A stretch of DNA of 64,000 nucleotides, taken from the sequence record KP869111; one strand, 5' to 3'. Source of the DNA: Escherichia coli O157 typing phage 13. Position 1 is the first letter of the stretch. Each line of letters begins with the position of its first letter. Below the pieces are notes generated by a model, which did no database searches, was not told where the DNA came from, and worked only from the letters and a program-made list of their open reading frames with translations. A program made the translations under genes and the position numbers. Below, piece by piece: positions 53,011 to 61,017 of the stretch.

Positions 53011-53291
53011 TGAATATTAAACAACTCCAGAAAGATGCTATTGAATCACGTATCCAAGATATCAAACGTCTTAATCATATGATGGAAGAAAACTATGGTA
53101 TGTATGCTAATCAGCCTGGTTGGGATGCTTTAGACCATCCTTATTTGGTTAATTTATGTAAAGGTGATACGTTAGCAATTATTCGTGATGGGTTAAAACC
53201 TTTCTTGCGTGACATGTATATTAAAATGAACGAAGAAATTATTAGCTCGTTGCAATATCAATTAAGGAAATTAGATGATGAGAATAATTGA
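53010..53291 (+). CDS. Hypothetical 93-aa protein
   Basis: ORF translationally coupled (TAATG) to the upstream gene. Confidence 0.5.
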   Translation: MNIKQLQKDAIESRIQDIKRLNHMMEENYGMYANQPGWDALDHPYLVNLCKGDTLAIIRDGLKPFLRDMYIKMNEEIISSLQYQLRKLDDENN

Positions 53292-53493
53292 TTCTAAAGC
53301 GGATTATTTTAATTCTGTTAATGATAAGAATAAAGCTTTAATTCGCCACTTTATTACTGAGATGGGATATACCGACTCTAAAGATTTGAAAGAGCACATT
53401 ATCGAATGTTCTGTGGCTAAAAAGTTTTCTTTCACAGACAAATGTTTAAACGAGGTTATAAATCATTATGAACAATCTTGTAGCAAAACATGA
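53275..53493 (+). CDS. Hypothetical 72-aa protein
   Basis: ORF overlapping the upstream stop; could correspond to an Arn-like small protein but not verified. Confidence 0.45.
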   Translation: MMRIIDSKADYFNSVNDKNKALIRHFITEMGYTDSKDLKEHIIECSVAKKFSFTDKCLNEVINHYEQSCSKT

Positions 53494-53576
53494 TTTCAAT
53501 AAGGCTTCTGTCCATAAGGACAAGAAGAAATCAGAACTTCAATCTAAACGCAAACAAAAACATAAGGGTAAAGACT

Positions 53577-53876
53577 ATGCTTACTAAAATCAAAGAAAAT
53601 CCTGCCACTGAACTTGTTATTCGATGTGAAGAACTTGCAGAGCTTTATCAGGTTAACCGAGAAGTGTGTCGTAGTGTTATCGTAGATATGGCAGACGAAG
53701 TATGTTCTCGTATTCCTTTTAGTGTCGATTTCAATCACATGAAGCCTGGTGAAATCACTATCGTCTTTGGTTCTGACTATACTGAAGAACGGGCTCTTAA
53801 TGTCCTAGAATATGAAATGTCATTCTTCGACATACAGGACTACATTGATAGTTATAAGGAACAATATGAGTCATAA
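53577..53876 (+). CDS. Hypothetical 99-aa acidic protein
   Basis: Start trimmed to the ATG with SD AAGGGTAAAG (MLTKIKENP...). Confidence 0.45.
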   Translation: MLTKIKENPATELVIRCEELAELYQVNREVCRSVIVDMADEVCSRIPFSVDFNHMKPGEITIVFGSDYTEERALNVLEYEMSFFDIQDYIDSYKEQYES

Positions 53877-54027
53877 TCTTCAGAACGTAGTAGAGGCCGA
53901 ACGTGAGCGTGAGGCTTTAGTCTATAATGAACTATTAGTTCCATTCTTGGCCTTACACTCGTATGAACAGGAAGACTACATTGATTACGTTAAAAGCGTA
54001 GAAAAAGCCGTTTACAATCAACACTGA
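53866..54027 (+). CDS. Hypothetical 53-aa protein
   Basis: Start trimmed to the ATG with SD AAGGAA (MSHNLQNVVEAE...); overlaps the upstream stop. Confidence 0.4.
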   Translation: MSHNLQNVVEAEREREALVYNELLVPFLALHSYEQEDYIDYVKSVEKAVYNQH

Positions 54028-54073
54028 TAATGGTACTATATCCATATCAACTAAGTGGAATGAATAAAACGTT

Positions 54074-54346
54074 ATGAATAAAGACATTGAAATCGTACGT
54101 GAAATTATTACTATTGCTTCTATTTTGATTAAATTCTCTAGGGAAGATATTGTTGAAGACCGAGCAAGTTTCATCGGATTCTTGAATGAGATTGGAATTA
54201 AAAAAGATGGTCGGCAGCTAAATCAGAATTCGTTCAGAAAACTAATTACAAATTTAACTGCCGAAGAAAAGAAAACACTGATTAGTGAATTCAATGAAGG
54301 TTTTGAAAATATTTATCGTCATTTAGCGATGTATTCTAACAACTAA
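54074..54346 (+). CDS. asiA: Anti-sigma-70 factor AsiA
   Basis: 90 aa as in T4; MNKDIEIVREIITIASILIKFSREDIVE... near-identical to T4 AsiA as recalled. Confidence 0.93.
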   Translation: MNKDIEIVREIITIASILIKFSREDIVEDRASFIGFLNEIGIKKDGRQLNQNSFRKLITNLTAEEKKTLISEFNEGFENIYRHLAMYSNN

Positions 54347-55006
54347 TTATTTAGCCCTTCCTAGTATTCGGATCGCTTGGTTGCATATAGCCGCTAAGCG
54401 ATCTTCCTCAAGTATATTACTCCCCTTATACCAATACATCGTCACAGTTCCAGCATAGATGTTATCCAAATTAAAGTATGGACAACTATACATATAAGAA
54501 AGTTCGGCAGTCTTAGATTTTGTAGGCAAAAATGCAAATTCTGATTTAGATGAGAAATGACGGCCACTTAAATGAATTATATATTCATTGGCCGTTTTAT
54601 CCACTGGGAATCCGCCAAGGGACTTTTCAGAAATTGTGCTAGGTAGTTTGCCTTCATAAGCTATAAGGTCGACAAAATAATTTAAGTTTTTAGGTCTGAA
54701 AGAATACACAGCACTAAAATCTGCACCAGATGAGATATGAACTATTTGCAGTTGTTCTAGAGCCGCAGATTCAAAACGTAAAGCTCGTTCTTTTTGGATT
54801 ATTTCAGTATAAGTATCATACTTAGCTCTTACATAATAATCCAGCAAAATACTTCCTTTGTACCATATTAGTGCCATTAGGAACAAAAGAATAATTACCG
54901 CTACTCGGGACATTAAAACCTTTCCAGTAGCGTTATCTTTGAAAATACGATCTAGCAACCCAAATAGAATATCACTAGGCGAAAATGATACTTTTGGTGT
55001 TGCCAT
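54347..55006 (-). CDS. t: Holin T
   Basis: 219 aa versus 218 in T4; FSPSDILFG...DNATGKV and the periplasmic domain match T4 holin; convergent with asiA. Confidence 0.93.
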   Translation of the reverse strand: MATPKVSFSPSDILFGLLDRIFKDNATGKVLMSRVAVIILLFLMALIWYKGSILLDYYVRAKYDTYTEIIQKERALRFESAALEQLQIVHISSGADFSAVYSFRPKNLNYFVDLIAYEGKLPSTISEKSLGGFPVDKTANEYIIHLSGRHFSSKSEFAFLPTKSKTAELSYMYSCPYFNLDNIYAGTVTMYWYKGSNILEEDRLAAICNQAIRILGRAK

Positions 55007-55015
55007 AATACCTCC

Positions 55016-55567
55016 TTACTTAAAGATATTTATAATCGCTTTGATAATAGATTTGTTTTCAAGGTCAGGGAATTTAGGGAATTCGCCGCCAAGATGTTCA
55101 TGTTTTTCTAAAAGGGCAAAGAATTTTTTGAGCTCTTTAAATTTTCGTTTTTCTTCTCTACTAGCAACCTCTGCGTCAATAAGAGAACTTAAAACACTGA
55201 ATAATTTATAGAGTTCATGAATTTTCTTATCACGTTGAACTACGCGTTTATATGCTTCATCTTCCTTCCACCCGTCGTCGGTCCAAATGTCAAATTCACC
55301 GGGTTCTTCTGTAGTAACATTTTGAAGAGCACCTGGAGTGTCAATAACAATTTTTTGCTTATCATAAGTCCATACCGTTTTTCCACGATGGTCTTCAACA
55401 TATACCCATTCTTGCTCGCGTTCGTCAAATATAACAGCATAGCCTTCTTTAGGGTCTAAAGGTTTTTTTGGTGTCGAATGAGCCGGAAATCCTACGCCTT
55501 TTAATGGTTTATAATTTTCTTCTTTGTAAAATTCTTTAGTGTCAAAATAATAGTGATAGAGTTTCAT
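55016..55567 (-). CDS. 38: gp38 tail-fiber assembly chaperone (T4 type)
   Basis: Start set to MKLYHYYFDTKEFYKEENYKP... (T4-like N-terminus); the ORF-track start 18 nt upstream lies inside a hairpin. Confidence 0.85.
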   Translation of the reverse strand: MKLYHYYFDTKEFYKEENYKPLKGVGFPAHSTPKKPLDPKEGYAVIFDEREQEWVYVEDHRGKTVWTYDKQKIVIDTPGALQNVTTEEPGEFDIWTDDGWKEDEAYKRVVQRDKKIHELYKLFSVLSSLIDAEVASREEKRKFKELKKFFALLEKHEHLGGEFPKFPDLENKSIIKAIINIFK

Positions 55568-55598
55568 ATTATAAAAAAGGGACATAAGTCCCTTCTCC

Positions 55599-58500
55599 TT
55601 ATGCTAAACGAACGATATAGTTAAAAGCAACGTTTTTAACTGTGTTTTCTGTATTTCCTGTGGCATTTACAGTTATTGTATGTCCATGGGAACCAATTGC
55701 AACAGTATGAGAATGAGCACCAATACCTACCGAATGGGTATGAGCACCAATACCCACAGTATGAGCATGGTTACCTGTGGTACTTGTGGTTCCTGACCAA
55801 GAGTGTGTATGGTTACCTTCTGAAGAAGTTTTGGCTATATTCGACCCTGCAGTAGCACCGTTCACGGTTCCAGTGAATTTAGCGTTGGCGTTTGCACCTA
55901 CACTATTATATCCGTCATAGAATATGTTATTGGGTATGCCAGCTTGTATCTGAGGACCTGAGCGCGCATGTTGGTGGTTACCTGCAGCACTTGTAGTTCC
56001 ACNNNNNNNNNNNNNNNNNNNNNNNNNNNNNNNNNNNNNNNNNNNNNNNNNNNNNNNNNNNNNNNNNNNNNNNNNNNNNNNNNNNNNNNNNNNNNNNNNN
56101 NNNNNNNNNNNNNNNNNNNNNACCGTATGGTTATGGTTACCTGTGGTATTACTGGTTTTAGTACCATAATCAAAGCTTGAAGATGTTTTAGTACCATAAT
56201 CAAAGCTTGATGTGGTTTTAGTACCTAAATCAGTATTAGATGCTGAAGCACTATGGTTATGAGACTTAATACCATCAGCTTCTGTACTTAATACATCACG
56301 CCCAGATGGTTTACCTTTAATCGTCTGACCACGCATATCGGGCAGAGTGCCGGAAGGATACACCGCAGCTAACTTAGGATACAAGCCAGTATCAAATGTT
56401 TGACCTTCCATTATGGCATAACCTTCAGGAGGTGTATCAGTAGGCCAAGGAATCGGAGCACCAATAGGATAACTTGAGACAATATCTGTCTTAAGGTTAT
56501 TTATTGTGGTATTCAAGTTAGCAAAATTACCAGAACCGCCGGTGATATTACCATCAGTACCAATACGAACATTACCAGCGCCTAATTTACCAGGAGAGTA
56601 NNNNNNNNNNNNNNNNNNNNNNNNNNNNNNNNNNNNNNNNNNNNNNNNNNNNNNNNNNNNNNNNNNNNNNNNNNNNNNNNNNNNNNNATCACCGTTTTTA
56701 TTAAATTCCCAACCTAAATCCTTTATAATTGCGCCAGTAGAAACGCCGTCACCACCTTCGTGATAGTGAACTCTAAAGTTACCACCATTAATTAAAGTAC
56801 CAATAGAATAGCAACTATTATTTTGAACGTATCTTTGTTTCACAATAGGAACATAAGTGCTTGTATCTGTTCTATCAATATTCATATAGAACGGAGCACG
56901 AACGTTTTCATTATTCTGAGAAGCAAAAGAACCGGCTCCAGCAGGTCGTGCAGTATCAGTACATTCAGCGTCGATATATGCCGATTGTCCTAATTGCATA
57001 CGGTAATTAGGAGAAATGCGACTATGACTAGTTATAACAACAAGTTTATTATCATTATCAACGGTCACCATATTACCGCCAGCACCATCATCACCTAACG
57101 TAACAGAATGGCGCATTTGAACCATACCGTTGTTAAGAGAAACACTCAATGGGCGAAGGTTAGAAATACCACCATTTTCACCTGCATCTTTAAGTGTAGG
57201 TATAATATGCAAAGACGCTTCAGAACGACGGAAAATAGCTCCATATTCAGCATTGTAAATACGGAAAGCATCTGCGGTATTGCCGATTTTAACTTGACCG
57301 GTAATAGAACCACCGCCGGATAAAACAAGCCCGTTATCCATAGTAACTTGTCCGGATAATGTACTTAATCCATTAACTCTAAGACTTCCATCGGTGATAA
57401 TGCTCCCTCTTGCATTCAGTTGTCCATTAATTTGTGTTACAACAGGTCCCACAGTTTCTGAACCGGTTGGAGCTACGCGCTGAGAATAAAAATAATATCC
57501 CTGGCCGTCAGCTACTTCAAAAACTGTTTCACGATTACGATCGCCAGATGCGTTAAATGAATTACCCCATGCTTTAACAGTTACATAGCTTTTATTCTGA
57601 CCAGCACGAGTACCGCCTTCCCACAAAATTTGCTTAGTGCCATCAATTGTAGTAGTTGGAGCGAATGTTAGCCCAGCAGTAGAATTATTAGCTGCTAAAT
57701 ATATGCCGTTATATATTGAAAGCTGCTTAACAGATGTAATACCGCCATCAGCATAAAACATTACATTATTAGAGCCAGTTACTAGTTTAAGAATACCCGG
57801 GTTAATTTCCATACCTTGTTGGGTATTGATATTCATCTGACCTGTACCACGGAAATAGTGGTTCATTTTACCACCAGCATTGTACCCGATATGGGTTTGT
57901 CCGTCTCCAGCATTGTTATTATCAGCTTGTGTTTGAACAGACAAGAGAGCAGCATTTGTACCAGGCATAATCCATGTGGTGCCTTGGTCCTCGGAACGAC
58001 CAAATATACCTTTACGAGTACTACGGAAACTGTCAGGAGTAATAGAAGCAACAGAATTCCAATTACCTACTAAATCATAAACACCCTGCTTAATGTATTT
58101 TAAACCAGTGGCAGCATCACCCAAAGCAATATATCTTTCTCCCATTGGAGTAGGAGAGCCGTAGTTATTGGTATTTTCATCAGTGGTAATTGTGCCAATA
58201 GCAAGTGAACGACGTAATACCATTGCGCCATCATTACGAAGACCCATTAATTTAGTAGTAAGTGTATTTCCGGTCCACCAAGAAATTTCATCATTCTTAC
58301 CAGTTTGAGCTGAAGCGATTTCATGGTAAATAGTTCCACCTGATTTAGCTCGAACTTTACGAAGATAGTTTATACCATTTTCTTCACCTGTTCCAGGATA
58401 AACATATTGAACTAATGACTGTGAATCATATTGTCCGAATGCTTTTGTGTCTAAAACAATGGTTTTCGTATTAACTTGTGGAGCAGAAACTATACCATTA

Positions 58501-59081
58501 GCGGAGTTAATATTGCCTGACGCAGAAATATTACCTGCGCGGACCTCAATACTACCAGAATCTACAATAAAATTACCATTACGGTTAAAGACCCAGTGTT
58601 TAGAATTGTCTGGAGCTGTAGAATCAATATAATGAACTCTAAATGAGCCTTCGCTTACTAATGTACCTACTGAAAAAGTACCGTCTTTATAACGTTGCTT
58701 AATCAAAGGGTGGTATTCAGAAGTTGAAGTAGTTGAACTCAAATCTGTAAAGATAGGGGCTTTATTTGTGTGTTGGTTAGCCCAAGCGCCATTTCCAGCA
58801 GTTTTTGGCAAGAATTCAATATACTTTCCTGCATAAACAAACTGGTTTCCATTAAGATTATACGTGCCGTTTTGTAAATAATCACCATTTTGAGTTACAT
58901 TACCGTTAATATCCCCGCCCTTAGCAAAGCCTAGGCTAATAATATTACCGAGGTCATCTTTAGTAAAAAGAGTTCGATCTTTTAAGTTTATCGCTAATTC
59001 GCCTTCGGCTAATTGTGCTGCAGTAGGATTAACTCCTGCTACTTTGCTTCTTTTAAATTGTATCTGTTTTAATGTAGCCAT
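55599..59081 (-). CDS. 37: Long tail fiber distal subunit gp37 (two N-runs inside)
   Basis: Large ORF between genes 36 and 38; C-terminal tip rich in G-x-H-x-H motifs as in the T4 gp37 needle domain. Confidence 0.9.
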   Translation of the reverse strand: MATLKQIQFKRSKVAGVNPTAAQLAEGELAINLKDRTLFTKDDLGNIISLGFAKGGDINGNVTQNGDYLQNGTYNLNGNQFVYAGKYIEFLPKTAGNGAWANQHTNKAPIFTDLSSTTSTSEYHPLIKQRYKDGTFSVGTLVSEGSFRVHYIDSTAPDNSKHWVFNRNGNFIVDSGSIEVRAGNISASGNINSANGIVSAPQVNTKTIVLDTKAFGQYDSQSLVQYVYPGTGEENGINYLRKVRAKSGGTIYHEIASAQTGKNDEISWWTGNTLTTKLMGLRNDGAMVLRRSLAIGTITTDENTNNYGSPTPMGERYIALGDAATGLKYIKQGVYDLVGNWNSVASITPDSFRSTRKGIFGRSEDQGTTWIMPGTNAALLSVQTQADNNNAGDGQTHIGYNAGGKMNHYFRGTGQMNINTQQGMEINPGILKLVTGSNNVMFYADGGITSVKQLSIYNGIYLAANNSTAGLTFAPTTTIDGTKQILWEGGTRAGQNKSYVTVKAWGNSFNASGDRNRETVFEVADGQGYYFYSQRVAPTGSETVGPVVTQINGQLNARGSIITDGSLRVNGLSTLSGQVTMDNGLVLSGGGSITGQVKIGNTADAFRIYNAEYGAIFRRSEASLHIIPTLKDAGENGGISNLRPLSVSLNNGMVQMRHSVTLGDDGAGGNMVTVDNDNKLVVITSHSRISPNYRMQLGQSAYIDAECTDTARPAGAGSFASQNNENVRAPFYMNIDRTDTSTYVPIVKQRYVQNNSCYSIGTLINGGNFRVHYHEGGDGVSTGAIIKDLGWEFNKNGDXXXXXXXXXXXXXXXXXXXXXXXXXXXXXYSPGKLGAGNVRIGTDGNITGGSGNFANLNTTINNLKTDIVSSYPIGAPIPWPTDTPPEGYAIMEGQTFDTGLYPKLAAVYPSGTLPDMRGQTIKGKPSGRDVLSTEADGIKSHNHSASASNTDLGTKTTSSFDYGTKTSSSFDYGTKTSNTTGNHNHTXXXXXXXXXXXXXXXXXXXXXXXXXXXXXXXXXXXXXXXXXGTTSAAGNHQHARSGPQIQAGIPNNIFYDGYNSVGANANAKFTGTVNGATAGSNIAKTSSEGNHTHSWSGTTSTTGNHAHTVGIGAHTHSVGIGAHSHTVAIGSHGHTITVNATGNTENTVKNVAFNYIVRLA
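56003..56121. other. Run of 119 N inside gene 37
   Basis: Unresolved bases; reading frame maintained across it. Confidence 0.99.
56155..56244 (-). repeat. 30-bp tandem repeat (about 2.5-3 copies) inside gene 37
   Basis: gttttagtaccataatcaaagcttga(a/t)g(a/t)t repeated at 56155, 56185, 56215; encodes repeated DYGTKT(S/T)SSF decapeptide near the receptor-binding tip. Confidence 0.8.
56601..56687. other. Run of 87 N inside gene 37
   Basis: Unresolved bases; length is a multiple of 3 and frame is maintained. Confidence 0.99.
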
Positions 59082-59089
59082 AAGTCCTC

Positions 59090-59755
59090 TTAATAATAGC
59101 CGAAATCTTGAACAGAATCTTTAATTACAATCTGGTCGAAACGAGGAACATGATTAGCCTCAGACGCCGGATTCTGTGAGAAAAAGTTTGGTGCTGTTAA
59201 AGTACCAGTCATGGTATCGCCTTTACGCAATACACGGGAATTTGCGTTATCCGTAACAATATTTATTCGTCCATCAACATAATCTTTTCTAGTAAGGTCA
59301 TTCGCTGCTATAGGAGCAGCCGCATCACTTCTTACTTGACCAGCTGCCGACACAACGCCTTTTGTATTAATATCACCATTACGTGTATTAATTACTACAG
59401 TTCTACCCGCTGTTCCTTGTGATGATTTAAAACCAATACCATACCACGAAACAATATCAATATTTGCTGTAACAAAAGTAGCTGCATCTCCATTACCAGG
59501 ATAAATACCAGATTGATTTGTATTGTTTATAGCATATGGTATTTGAACACCGCCGTTAAATGTTACCTTTGATGCATAAGTACCACCATTTGCTTTAGAA
59601 ACGAAATCATTATCAGCAGCTTGTGGCTTATTATATTCTGAATAGAGTTTAAACGTTTTATACAGGACGTCATCACCTGCTGGCATTAAAGGGAAATTAC
59701 CTTGATGCCATATAACGGCACCGCCAGTTGTACTACCAGCTTTTAAATCGGCCAT
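59090..59755 (-). CDS. 36: Long tail fiber distal connector gp36
   Basis: 221 aa as in T4; position between genes 35 and 37. Confidence 0.92.
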   Translation of the reverse strand: MADLKAGSTTGGAVIWHQGNFPLMPAGDDVLYKTFKLYSEYNKPQAADNDFVSKANGGTYASKVTFNGGVQIPYAINNTNQSGIYPGNGDAATFVTANIDIVSWYGIGFKSSQGTAGRTVVINTRNGDINTKGVVSAAGQVRSDAAAPIAANDLTRKDYVDGRINIVTDNANSRVLRKGDTMTGTLTAPNFFSQNPASEANHVPRFDQIVIKDSVQDFGYY

Positions 59756-59779
59756 AGTTGTCTCCTTATATGTATACCA

Positions 59780-59787
59780 TATTTATA
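59780..59787 (-). promoter_or_regulatory. Late promoter TATAAATA upstream of gene 36
   Basis: Exact TATAAATA on the minus strand about 25 nt before the gp36 ATG. Confidence 0.55.
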
Positions 59788-59794
59788 CAAAAAT

Positions 59795-59816
59795 GGGAGA
59801 CCGAAGTCTCCCTAAA
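59795..59816 (-). terminator. Rho-independent terminator after gene 35
   Basis: GGGAGAC-UUCG-GUCUCCC followed by AUUUUUG on the minus strand. Confidence 0.55.
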
Positions 59817-59817
59817 T

Positions 59818-61009
59818 TTATTCTGGTGCTTCTTTAAATTCTTGACCAAATACCTTACCAGTATCAGTTGAAGATTGAGTAGGTAATGTCATTATGTCTG
59901 GAGCACTTAAAGATTCTGAAACATAATTTACACGAATACCATTCGTACCAAACTCAGCAGGTTTTGAAACGCTTCCATTACATGATACTTCAGTGAATAT
60001 AACGTTTCTTAATCCACCTTGCCCGACTGGAGCTGTACGATAACAATAAATCGTGAACCCGTCAGCACCAGCAGGAATTTCTACGTAGTCTTCATATATC
60101 TTCCATTCACCTGCAGCCCCATCAAAGTTTATATCCTTAAATGAAATAGGTGAAGTAGAAGGAGATTTAAAGAAACGAATAGAAAGTCGTGTCGTCCCTT
60201 GTGCTAACAAATCGGCATCGGCCATTAGTTGGAATTTCATATAAAGGAAATCTCCAGGCTTCAATTTATACCCAGCGAGAGGTGTAATAACAGATGCTGT
60301 AGGCATCCTTTTAATTTCGTTATTAGTACCTCCAATGGCAGATAAAAATGTGTCTGACGATTCATACGTACGTCTAGGGAAGCCGGTAGCACCAATATCA
60401 TCGATCGTGTCGTACACAACATCAAGTGGTGTACTATAGTCGGTTGAAGTTTTCTTATTACTATACTTAATATGTTCTAGTGCTATAGCATTCTTACCAG
60501 AAATATAAAATGCAGAATAAGAAATGTCCACTATATTTAAAACTTGTTGAGCTAATGGAATAGCAGAACTCCCAGCTTTAGTAAACCATGCAAGAACTTC
60601 TGGTGGAAAGTTTGTTTTAGCGTTAGTAACAAGAGCAAATATAAAATTTGAAGCATATGTGTCCATGAAAGTAACAAATGCACTTGACGTGGCGTCGTTT
60701 TCAGTAGAGAAATTATATGTCTTAGATTCAACTACTGCACCTGTTGTAGGATTTATTACACGAACGTTTAATCCAACGGAAAAAACCTGGGACCCAAGTG
60801 GATTATCCTGGAACTTAATATAAGCAGGAGATGTTGATNNNNNNNNNNNNNNNNNNNNNNNNNNNNNNNNNNNNNNNNNNNNNNNNNNNNNNNNNNNNNN
60901 NNNNNGGGCAAGAGCCCGCTATGCTTAATTTAAATCGTACTGAATTGCTTTCCGATAAAAATGGCGTTTGGACGTATCCTTGTCCAAACTTAGCCATAAA
61001 TTTTTCCAT
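59818..61009 (-). CDS. 35: Long tail fiber hinge protein gp35 (N-run inside)
   Basis: MEKFMA...LSESNSVRFK... start and position between 34 and 36; the two parts join in frame if the 67-N run is removed (about 374 aa versus 372 in T4). Confidence 0.85.
60839..60905. other. Run of 67 N inside gene 35
   Basis: Unresolved bases; zero-length join restores the frame. Confidence 0.99.
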
Positions 61010-61017
61010 AATACCTC

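Noticed and set aside
56155-56244. Tandem repeats considered as a possible CRISPR-like array
   Set aside because: Repeats are directly adjacent without spacers, lie in frame inside gene 37 and encode a peptide repeat.
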